The notes beneath the pieces are model-generated. The model was not told the origin of the DNA. It searched no databases and saw only the letters and a list, made by a program, of their open reading frames with translations. From assembly GCA_964534375.1 (NCBI GenBank), contig CAZHPN010000138.1, positions 1 through 17,015 on the forward strand: a DNA stretch of 17,015 bases, written 5' to 3'. Shown piece after piece: positions 9,901-15,917 of the stretch (positions are counted from its first letter, which is position 1; each line of letters opens with the position of its first letter). The translations under genes were made by a program, and so were the position numbers. The stretch comes from an uncultured bacterium (GTDB lineage: Bacteria; Lernaellota; Lernaellaia; Lernaellales; Lernaellaceae).

Positions 9901-10729
9901 CGCCGGCGATTTCGACGAGCCGTTCGCGCAACTCGGCGTATTTGGCGAAACGCTGTTCCGGCTTGGTCGCCATCATCTTGGCGAGCAGGTCATCCCACTC
10001 TTCCGGCACGGTGCGGTTGACTTGCGACGCCGGGCGGAAGCCCTTGCGCGGCGGCTTGCCGGTGAGGAATTCGTACAGCAGCGCGCCCAACGAATACTGG
10101 TCGGCGCGCGCATCGATTTTGCCGCCGCAGCCGACAAATTCGCAGGCCAGATAGTAGTACGGCGAGCCCGCCGAAAGTTGCAGGCTGGCGTACTTGCTGA
10201 AACTCAGCAGACAGCAAACGCCCATGTCGGTCAGATAGAATGGCGAGTCGTCGGGCAGCGGCCCGCCGGGCGGCATTTCGGCGATCAGCACGTTCGAGGG
10301 TTTGATGCCGCCGTGCACCGTCCCGTGCGGCAACTGTTCGAGGATGGTCACGATCCGTTCGGCGATCAGACCGGCGGTCGCCGGATCGCCGAGGCGGCCG
10401 TCGTCGGCCATGGCGTCGAACAGTTTCTGGAGGCTTGATCCATCGACGTACGGCAGCTTCAGGAACTTCATGCCGTCCGCTTCGCCGATCTCCAGCGGGC
10501 GGACGATGGCCGGATGCAGCGCCGTTTTCTCCGCGTAGACTCCCTTGAGTTTCTCGACGCCGATGTGCGCGGGAATGACACGCGGGAGAAACACCTTCAG
10601 CGCGTAGTACTTCCCGTTCTCGATCACACGGAAGACCTCGGCCATCGGCCCTGAGCCGACAAACTCCTCGACCGCGAATCGGCGCGCGAATGTGGAGCCG
10701 ACGGATATACCGGTCTTTGTGGCGGCCAT
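6971..10729 (-). CDS. Large membrane protein: Ser/Thr kinase-like (probable pseudokinase) domain, acidic Pro/Ala/Glu linker, TM helix, helical repeats, FGE-sulfatase (SUMF1) domain
   Basis: ATG 10729 with GAGGGGG RBS. Kinase motifs VGSGPMAEVF, YALK, VHGGIKPSNVL, LTDMG, ADQYSLGALLYEFLTGKPP. TM at ~8360-8425. C-terminal CPTGMRYIPAGSFRMGS, GKRLCSEAEWERACKG, GIYDMSGAAREWT, GFRCC are typical of FGE-sulfatase domains. Confidence 0.9.
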   Translation of the reverse strand: MAATKTGISVGSTFARRFAVEEFVGSGPMAEVFRVIENGKYYALKVFLPRVIPAHIGVEKLKGVYAEKTALHPAIVRPLEIGEADGMKFLKLPYVDGSSLQKLFDAMADDGRLGDPATAGLIAERIVTILEQLPHGTVHGGIKPSNVLIAEMPPGGPLPDDSPFYLTDMGVCCLLSFSKYASLQLSAGSPYYYLACEFVGCGGKIDARADQYSLGALLYEFLTGKPPRKGFRPASQVNRTVPEEWDDLLAKMMATKPEQRFAKYAELRERLVEIAGAAPAVPAVDLSAEAAARPAEQDAAFAHLLDGAIARSEALDRGAAPTNGEGVFAVAETAASGAATFEEVAADVGASAAEAAEMFADVESGAAAHEPSAAENEALAQELSEAGVGLFGEEAPLTTPPPRAPAVDEPLFAEESALPSLEPPAELPPEMPAPADRQLGEHLFDEPATEQPALPGVDATTEPAEPSAFPAETAEPVLPKPETPFDAAWLAEATEAAAPVVAPEPIAAVAEPALPEIETPAETAPLAETVEPAPSEPETPFDAEWLAAPAEEAAEAVVASEAAAEAIEPVASEIEASPAAELPAEEIETAAPESVVESEALAHAVEPVAPEPEPAPAIETPLKATVETAPEPELPPLAEALGEPLEPLAAPPEIDAETESVAEAPAAEEWTAKAEPPAEPAIAPEPAPREFSAVEHAQAEGAAIAAEFKHDRRAPQPSASQPVNLVDLLAHKDVSARELEETPAPYVAPAPARRIEPPKHVAKPTGRRALWVATLIIVLAGAAIAGFFGYQEGWFNGANPPPPVQKAPPPAPVVEAAPPAAAPEPSPEAPAAPAAPSAAEKIAALVAQADGLIATKQYVKPAAENALALVKQIEQLDAQNAYPEQARRTMLKDLAARTDQALANQQYAPALELAQQGLQIRPTDAAFAGYLAKAQAGLGSQPDPQRLAKLTTQLQWYIKHKVYVRPAGSCALSTIEDLERIQPTNDAAAKARKDIVARQTQDAQTGIKNSQWDNAMAAADDGLLADPNNAALAGLRAKAQSAKEQAAAATPVPAPAAAVAKTCPTGMRYIPAGSFRMGSSPDDPLRTSGEKTNTPTLVQAYCVDLYEYPNKPGAPPKTNIAWQDAEASCESQGKRLCSEAEWERACKGPGNQRYPYGNEYKPNVCATQIADGQKRYLTASGQAAGCRSTFGIYDMSGAAREWTGTPGQGSPILKGGGVDDADWGARCAVRMSAAPSSKSYLIGFRCCAPAPE
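9093..9291. repeat. Intragenic direct repeat, 31 bp x2 at 168-bp (56-aa) spacing
   Basis: AGCCACTCCGCGTCGAACGGCGTTTCGGGTT (9093-9123) and AGCCACGCCGCGTCGAACGGCGTTTCGGGTT (9261-9291), one mismatch. Encodes PETPFDA(A/E)WL twice. Confidence 0.85.
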
Positions 10730-10961
10730 TTGTCCCCCCTCGGTTGCCACGAACTGGCGATACATGAAATCACAGTGCGCGTGTTCAAGCAAGCGGCGAA
10801 GCGGCGCCGAAAGACCATGGATTCCAGCCTTTTTTTCGCGGCCCGCACGCGGCGAGCAGCGGCCGCCGTGTTGCGAAAAACTCTGGCGTGGCGACCGACG
10901 GGCGGCTCCGTTTGCCCCTTGCATGAAATCGCGTTCGCAATCCAGTCTTTTCGAGAGAAAG

Positions 10962-11078
10962 TGTTCAAATCGAATACAGTTCGGCGTTCAATTTCGATGC
11001 ACGCGTAATATGCTGATATCACACGCATTTCCCCGACGCCGGCGTCGCGATGCCATTTAAGCGTATGAAAATCATACA
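10962..11078. promoter_or_regulatory. Candidate upstream activator sequences for a sigma-54 enhancer-binding protein (three YGT-N11-RCA sites)
   Basis: TGTTCAAATCGAATACA (10962-10978), CGTTCAATTTCGATGCA (10985-11001) and CGTATGAAAATCATACA (11062-11078, containing the perfect inverted repeat GTATGA-AAA-TCATAC). They lie ~125-240 bp upstream of the -24/-12 element. Confidence 0.5.
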
Positions 11079-11201
11079 GACTGACGTTTTTGCGGCCGGG
11101 CAGATTACGCGTCGCAAAGAACCGGCTTGCCCACCGTAACTATTGATTAAGTAGCGGTATTTCCCGACAGCGGACGCGAATTTTTCCGCCGGGCTGTTGT
11201 T

Positions 11202-11217
11202 TGGCACGATCCTTGGA
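11202..11217 (+). promoter_or_regulatory. Sigma-54 (RpoN) -24/-12 promoter
   Basis: TGGCACG-ATCC-TTGGA versus consensus TGGCACG-N4-TTGCW. The -24 box and spacing are perfect, with one deviation at -12 (GG for GC). Ends 43 bp before ATG 11261, which has a GGAGG RBS. Confidence 0.72.
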
Positions 11218-11260
11218 AGGAATCCGCCTGGCGCAGCAATTTCAAGTTCGGGAGGCGATC

Positions 11261-11920
11261 ATGGTTGCGTTTTCGGTTTTCTTGTTCTTTCTCGTCGCGA
11301 TTCTCGCCAGCATTCTCTCGGAAATCTGGCATCGCCGGCGCGCGGGCGCGCCGGAAGAAAAGCCGGACGCGGCGACGACCAGTCGTTCGGCGGCGCCGGC
11401 AATCCCGGCCGGCATCTTGTTCAATCGCAGCCACGCCTGGGTGAAGGTCGACAACGCCGCGGTCGCCGTGGGTCTGGACGATTTTGCCCAACGGTTCGCC
11501 GGCCGGATCGACCGGATCGAGATCCCTCGCGTCGGCGCCGACGTCAAAAAAGGCGAAACGCTGTGGCGCATCCATTTCGGCGGACGGTCGGTGACGCAAT
11601 TGGCGCCGATCAGCGGCCGGGTGGTGCAGATCAACCGGATGGTGGCCGGCGACCCGTCGCTCGCCGACCCGGCGTACGAAGACGGCTGGGTGGTGAAGAT
11701 GCTGCCGCAGTCGTTGACTGAAGAGACCTCGCGCCTGCTGAACCGCGACGGCGTCAAGAAGTGGCGCGACATCGTCCGCACCCGCCTGCTAGGCGAAATG
11801 ACGCCGCAATTGGGGCCGGTCGTCGGCGACGCCAGCGAGATCCGGCGCGGCCTCGGCAAGGAAATCGATGCGCAGCACTGGAACCAACTCGTCGATTTTC
11901 TGTTTCACGAAAAGGATTAG
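11261..11920 (+). CDS. Membrane-anchored glycine cleavage H-like protein #1 (no canonical lipoyl-Lys)
   Basis: GGAGG RBS then ATG 11261. N-terminal TM followed by RRR. GcvH-fold motifs SHAWVKV, VGLDDFAQ, LAPISGRVVQIN, DPAYEDGWVVKM. The ESVK lipoylation turn is replaced by HFGGR. Confidence 0.85.
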   Translation: MVAFSVFLFFLVAILASILSEIWHRRRAGAPEEKPDAATTSRSAAPAIPAGILFNRSHAWVKVDNAAVAVGLDDFAQRFAGRIDRIEIPRVGADVKKGETLWRIHFGGRSVTQLAPISGRVVQINRMVAGDPSLADPAYEDGWVVKMLPQSLTEETSRLLNRDGVKKWRDIVRTRLLGEMTPQLGPVVGDASEIRRGLGKEIDAQHWNQLVDFLFHEKD

Positions 11921-11933
11921 GGAAGGAGGAGCC

Positions 11934-12029
11934 ATGTCGGCCATCGGGATTTTGTTGTGCATCGTGTTCGCGATCGCCGCGGATCGTTATCGCGCCGGTC
12001 GCCGGGCGGCCGCCGCCGGGAACCGTTGA
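11934..12029 (+). CDS. Small 31-aa single-pass membrane peptide (below the ORF-track cutoff)
   Basis: Strong RBS AAGGAGGAG just before ATG 11934. Translates as MSAIGILLCIVFAIAADRYRAGRRAAAAGNR*, a hydrophobic segment plus basic tail, and fills the gap within the operon. Confidence 0.6.
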   Translation: MSAIGILLCIVFAIAADRYRAGRRAAAAGNR

Positions 12030-12066
12030 CCCAATTCGCAATTTTTAACAACGGAGGGACAATCCT

Positions 12067-12987
12067 GTGAAGATCAGCCGCCGAAATTTCCTCAAGTCGA
12101 TCGTCGCCGCCGGCGGCGCCTCGCTCGTGCCGCTGGGCTCGAAGGCGGTCGCCGAGCCGAAGTTGGACGGCTATCCGGACCGCTTCGGCTGCCTGACCGA
12201 CGTGACCCGCTGCGTCGGTTGCCGCGCGTGCGAGGAGGCGTGCAACCAGGCCAACAAGCTGCCGAAGCCGGATGTTCCTTTCGACGACCAAACCGTGGTC
12301 GAAACCCAGCGGCGGACTTCGGCCAAGGCGTACACGGTGGTCAATCGGTACGGGAACTCGAAAACCGGCGAGCCCGTGTTCCGCAAGATTCAGTGCAATC
12401 ACTGCAACGAGCCGGCGTGCGCGTCCGCCTGCCTCGTGAAGGCGTACACGAAAACGCCGGAAGGCGCGGTGGTTTACAACCCTGACATTTGCCTGGGTTG
12501 CCGTTACTGCATGCTGGCCTGCCCGTTTTCGGTTCCGGCGTACGAATATGACAATGCCTTTTCGCCGCGCATTCGGAAATGCAGCCTTTGTTTCGACCGC
12601 ATCAAAACGGGCGGCGTTCCGGCGTGCGTGGAGGCCTGCCCGACGGAAACCCTCATTTTCGGCAAACGGAAAGACCTGATCAAAATCGCGCGGGACCGCA
12701 TCGAAAAAGAACCCGATAAATATCTCGACCACATCTACGGCGAGCACGAGGTCGGCGGCACGAGTTGGCTGTACATCTCCGGCGTGCCCTTCGAGCAGGT
12801 CGGGTTGAAGACCGACCTGGGGGACCGCCCGTATCCGGAATTGACGCGCGGCTTCTTGTCGGCCGTGCCGCTGGTGTTGACGCTCTGGCCGGCGCTGCTC
12901 GGCGGCTTTTATCTCTTTTCGAAAACGCGGGACGACGCGGCGGAAACGCGCGAAGCCCGCCCGGCGACGGAGGCGCGGCGCAAATGA
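12067..12987 (+). CDS. Tat-exported 4Fe-4S dicluster electron-transfer subunit, HybA/HmcB/NrfC-like
   Basis: Twin-arginine signal SRRNFLK. Four Cys groups: CVGCRACEEAC, CNHCNEPACASAC, CLGCRYCMLACP, KCSLC...PACVEACP. YLDHIYGEHEVGGTSWLY and a C-terminal TM helix as in HybA/HmcB. GGAGG RBS. Confidence 0.9.
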   Translation: MKISRRNFLKSIVAAGGASLVPLGSKAVAEPKLDGYPDRFGCLTDVTRCVGCRACEEACNQANKLPKPDVPFDDQTVVETQRRTSAKAYTVVNRYGNSKTGEPVFRKIQCNHCNEPACASACLVKAYTKTPEGAVVYNPDICLGCRYCMLACPFSVPAYEYDNAFSPRIRKCSLCFDRIKTGGVPACVEACPTETLIFGKRKDLIKIARDRIEKEPDKYLDHIYGEHEVGGTSWLYISGVPFEQVGLKTDLGDRPYPELTRGFLSAVPLVLTLWPALLGGFYLFSKTRDDAAETREARPATEARRK

Positions 12988-14219
12988 CGCAGGACATCGG
13001 CAAACTTTCCCGAAACGGCGCGACGACGGCCTGGATCTCCGAAAAATTTCTCTTGGGACTGTCGTGGCGGGATTACGTCAAAACGCTGATTACGCCGCTC
13101 AACGCCGCCGCCGGCCTGATCCTGGCGATCGGCCTGCCGTTTATCGTATTGCGATATTGGCGCGGATTGGGCGCGGTGACGGCCGCTTCCGACGACCAAC
13201 CGTTCGGCCTGTTTCTGAGTTGGGGCCTTTTCTCGGGGGTGCCGATGGCCTCGACCGGCTTTCTGCTGGCGACGGCCGTTTACCTGTTCGGGCTGCGCGA
13301 CTACAAGCCGCTGGTGCGGCCGGCGGTGCTGACCGGCTTCGTCGGCTATTTCTTCGCCGTCGTGTTCCTGCTCATCGACCTGGGCCAACCGTGGCGCCTG
13401 CCCTACCCGATGATTCGTTCGTTCGGCACGGGCTCGGTGCTGTTTCTCGTCGCGTGGCACGTGGCCCTGTACCTCTCGGTCCAATTCCTCGAATTTTCGC
13501 CGGCGGTGTTCGAATGGCTCGAAGCGCGGAAGCTGCGCGCCTGGGCGGTCGGCCTGACGCTCGGCGCGACGATCTTCGGCGTGATCCTCTCGACGCTGCA
13601 CCAATCGGCGCTGGGCGCGATGTTCCTGCTGGCGCCGGGCAAGCTGCACCCGCTGTGGTATACGCCCAATCTGCCGGTGCTGTTCTTCGTGTCGGCGATC
13701 TTCTGCGGCCTGTCAGTCGTGATTCTCGAATCGACCGTGATCTACCGCTTGATGCCCAATCGCGTCGATCCGCGCAACTTCCGCGTGATCGACCGGCTGA
13801 CGCTCGGCCTCGGCAAAGCCGCTGCGGTGACGATGTTCGCCTACTTCTGCCTGAAATATCTCTCGGTGGCGCACGATGACAACTGGCGCCATCTGGCCGG
13901 ACCGTACGGGCCGATTTTCCTGCTCGAAACTTTCGGCTTCGTGCTGCTGCCGTGCGTTCTCTACCTCGCGGGCGTTCGCCGCCGCAACGCCTCGGTCGTC
14001 CGGTGGGCGGCGCTGATCACCGTGCCAGGCGTCATTCTCAATCGCCTCAACGTCACGTACCTGGCGCTGAACTGGAACCTGCCGCATCGCGAATTGTTTC
14101 ACGGCCGCGAAATGCTCATCGTCGCCACGGTCGTCACCATTGAACTGCTCGCGTACCGCTGGATCGTCAATCGCCTGCCGGTGCATCGGGAAAGTTCGCG
14201 TTTCGCCGACGACCATTAA
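12984..14219 (+). CDS. NrfD/PsrC-family integral membrane quinone-interacting subunit, HybB/HmcC-like
   Basis: ATGA overlap with the Fe-S gene; multi-TM; GLGAVTAASDDQPFGL, YKPLVRPAVLTGFVGY, DLGQPWRL, LSTLHQSALG, KLHPLWY, GVILNRLNV. Confidence 0.9.
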   Translation: MTQDIGKLSRNGATTAWISEKFLLGLSWRDYVKTLITPLNAAAGLILAIGLPFIVLRYWRGLGAVTAASDDQPFGLFLSWGLFSGVPMASTGFLLATAVYLFGLRDYKPLVRPAVLTGFVGYFFAVVFLLIDLGQPWRLPYPMIRSFGTGSVLFLVAWHVALYLSVQFLEFSPAVFEWLEARKLRAWAVGLTLGATIFGVILSTLHQSALGAMFLLAPGKLHPLWYTPNLPVLFFVSAIFCGLSVVILESTVIYRLMPNRVDPRNFRVIDRLTLGLGKAAAVTMFAYFCLKYLSVAHDDNWRHLAGPYGPIFLLETFGFVLLPCVLYLAGVRRRNASVVRWAALITVPGVILNRLNVTYLALNWNLPHRELFHGREMLIVATVVTIELLAYRWIVNRLPVHRESSRFADDH

Positions 14220-14237
14220 CCGGCGCAGGGAGATTTC

Positions 14238-14975
14238 ATGCACACCCTTTTCGAGTTCATCACCTACACCAAGAGCGTCGAGTATCTGATCGCCGTCGGC
14301 TTTCTCGTTTCGTTCGTCGTCTTCTGGCGCTTCGCCAACGGCGCGAGCGCGGCGCCCGCCCCGCGCACGGCGGCCGCCGGGCTGGCCGGCCGCCTCGGCG
14401 AGTACGTCGGCGGTTTCTTGCTGCCCGAGTCGTATTTCTTCCATCGCGGCCATGCCTGGGTGAAAAACGAGAGCGGCGACCGGGTGGCGGTCGGCGTGGA
14501 CGATTTCGGCCAGAAACTGCTGGGGCGAATCGACGCAGCTTTCCTGCCCCAGGTCGGCGCCGTCCTGTCGCAGGGCGAGCGCGCCTGGACGCTGCACGCC
14601 AACGGCAAGTCCATCGACATGCTGGCGCCGATCGACGGCGAAGTGCTCGCGGTCAACGAAGGCGCCGCCGCCGATCCGTCCGTCATCCAGCGGGATCCCT
14701 ACGGCAAGGGTTGGCTGCTGATCCTGCGCGCGCCGCGCAAACGCGCTTTGCTGCCGGGTCTCTTGTCGGGGATGCTGGCGAAACATTGGCTGGAAGAAGC
14801 GCGCGGCAAATTGTCGCTGAACTCGGGCTACGCGCTCGGCGAGGTCTTGGCCGACGCCGGTCCGGCGCGCGGCGGCATCGCCCAGGCGCTCGATCCCGAA
14901 CACTGGGATCGCCTGGCGCGGGAGTTCTTTTTGACGAATGAGGACGGCGGGGATGAAGCCCGACCGCCCCGCTAG
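14238..14975 (+). CDS. Membrane-anchored glycine cleavage H-like protein #2 (no canonical lipoyl-Lys)
   Basis: GGGAG RBS. N-terminal TKSVEYLIAVGFLVSFVVFWRF TM; FHRGHAWVK, VGVDDFGQKLLG, MLAPIDGEVLAVN, DPYGKGWLL. Lipoyl turn reads HANGK, with Lys one register off. Confidence 0.87.
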   Translation: MHTLFEFITYTKSVEYLIAVGFLVSFVVFWRFANGASAAPAPRTAAAGLAGRLGEYVGGFLLPESYFFHRGHAWVKNESGDRVAVGVDDFGQKLLGRIDAAFLPQVGAVLSQGERAWTLHANGKSIDMLAPIDGEVLAVNEGAAADPSVIQRDPYGKGWLLILRAPRKRALLPGLLSGMLAKHWLEEARGKLSLNSGYALGEVLADAGPARGGIAQALDPEHWDRLAREFFLTNEDGGDEARPPR

Positions 14976-15720
14976 CTTTCACGTGATTCCGGCCGGCGAA
15001 ACGGCGTGCGTCTGGATGCTCGCCGGGGTCGTCTCCTACAAATTGTGCGACCGCGGATACCGCTGCGAGAATTGCCCGCTGGATCGCGAATTGCGCCACG
15101 CGAAGACCGGGCTCGCCGAATCGGCGCCCGACGAGGCGCCCGACGAGGCCGACGGCGCCGCCGCGCCGGCCGGCGGTTCGCTCTTGTTTTTCGCGCGCAA
15201 TCACACGTGGGCGCGGTTCGCGGACGAAGAGCGCGCCGTCGTCGGCTTCGACGATTTCCTCCTGCGGCTGTTCGGCGAGATCGACCGGATCGTGCTGCCG
15301 GCCAAACGCGCGACGGTGCGCCGCGGCGAGCCCCTCGCCATCGTCGTGCAGGGCGCCGACAATTTCGTCGTCGCCTCGCCGCTCTCCGGCACGATCCTGC
15401 GGCTCAACGCGGAAATGCGGCAACATCCCAATTCCGCCCGGGCGAATCCGGCGGCCGGCGGCTGGCTGGCCGAACTCGCGCCGAGCCATCTCTTCGCCGA
15501 AATGGGCGCGTTGCTGACCGGCCGGCGCGCGCTGGCGTGGCAGGAAAACGAAAGCAAAAAGCTGGAGTTGATTGTCGGCACGTTGCCCGCCGCCGAACGC
15601 GAACGGCTCGGGCCGGTCATGCACGACGGCCGCGGCGCCGCCGGCGCCCTGCTCGCGCTCGTCGGCCCCGCCCGTTACGTCAACATTATGCTGTCGTTTC
15701 TTCAGCCGGACGAGCGCTGA
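14953..15720 (+). CDS. Soluble glycine cleavage H-like protein #3 with N-terminal 4-Cys motif
   Basis: Start ATG 14953 (14938 is the alternative). CVWMLAGVVSYKLCDRGYRCENC (C-x12-C-x5-C-x2-C), then NHTWARF, VGFDDFL, ASPLSGTILRLN, GGWLAEL. No Lys at the lipoyl turn (QGADN). Confidence 0.85.
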   Translation: MKPDRPASFHVIPAGETACVWMLAGVVSYKLCDRGYRCENCPLDRELRHAKTGLAESAPDEAPDEADGAAAPAGGSLLFFARNHTWARFADEERAVVGFDDFLLRLFGEIDRIVLPAKRATVRRGEPLAIVVQGADNFVVASPLSGTILRLNAEMRQHPNSARANPAAGGWLAELAPSHLFAEMGALLTGRRALAWQENESKKLELIVGTLPAAERERLGPVMHDGRGAAGALLALVGPARYVNIMLSFLQPDER

Positions 15721-15765
15721 CTCGGCGCGCCGCGTGATGGTTTCGGCGGGATTATTATATCCTTT

Positions 15766-15909
15766 TTGACAGGATCAACAGGATCGACGGGATCAATTGC
15801 CCAACGTTGTCGTTTCGCGAGAAGATGGCGAACGGGCTTTGGGTTTTTCACCGGTCATTGTTCACTGTTCGCTGGTCACCGATCCTGTTGATCCCGTTGA
15901 CCCTGTCAA
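15766..15909. repeat. 29-bp inverted repeat built from 9-bp units (RACRGGATC-like x3), enclosing a 7-bp tandem array, between convergent operons
   Basis: Left TTGACAGGATCAACAGGATCGACGGGATC (15766-15794); right GATCCTGTTGATCCCGTTGACCCTGTCAA (15881-15909); 25/29 complementary. The inner region contains TTCACCG GTCATTG TTCACTG TTCGCTG GTCACCG (15847-15881). Confidence 0.85.
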
Positions 15910-15917
15910 GAAAACGA

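Noticed and set aside
8400..10438. 584-aa Ser/Ala/Gly-rich and 662-aa Arg-rich + strand ORFs
   Set aside because: Mirror translations of the low-complexity linker on the - strand.
10730..11260. Protein-coding gene or structured ncRNA in the divergent intergenic region
   Set aside because: Short ORFs lack RBS or motif support, and no tRNA or riboswitch pattern was recognised. The region is better explained as regulatory DNA. An Rfam scan would be needed to exclude an ncRNA.
12067..14219. Assigning the symbols hybA/hybB or hmcB/hmcC
   Set aside because: Family membership is clear, but orthology cannot be fixed without a phylogeny and no hydrogenase or HmcA gene is adjacent.
11261..15720. Calling the three H-like genes gcvH or lbpA (glycine cleavage or sHdr lipoate pathway)
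   Set aside because: No canonical lipoyl-Lys motif, extra TM or Cys domains, and no gcvT/P, lipoate ligase or hdr genes in the window.
15766..15909. CRISPR array or IS element
   Set aside because: Units are 7-9 bp with no unique spacers, and there is no cas or transposase gene and no target-site duplication.
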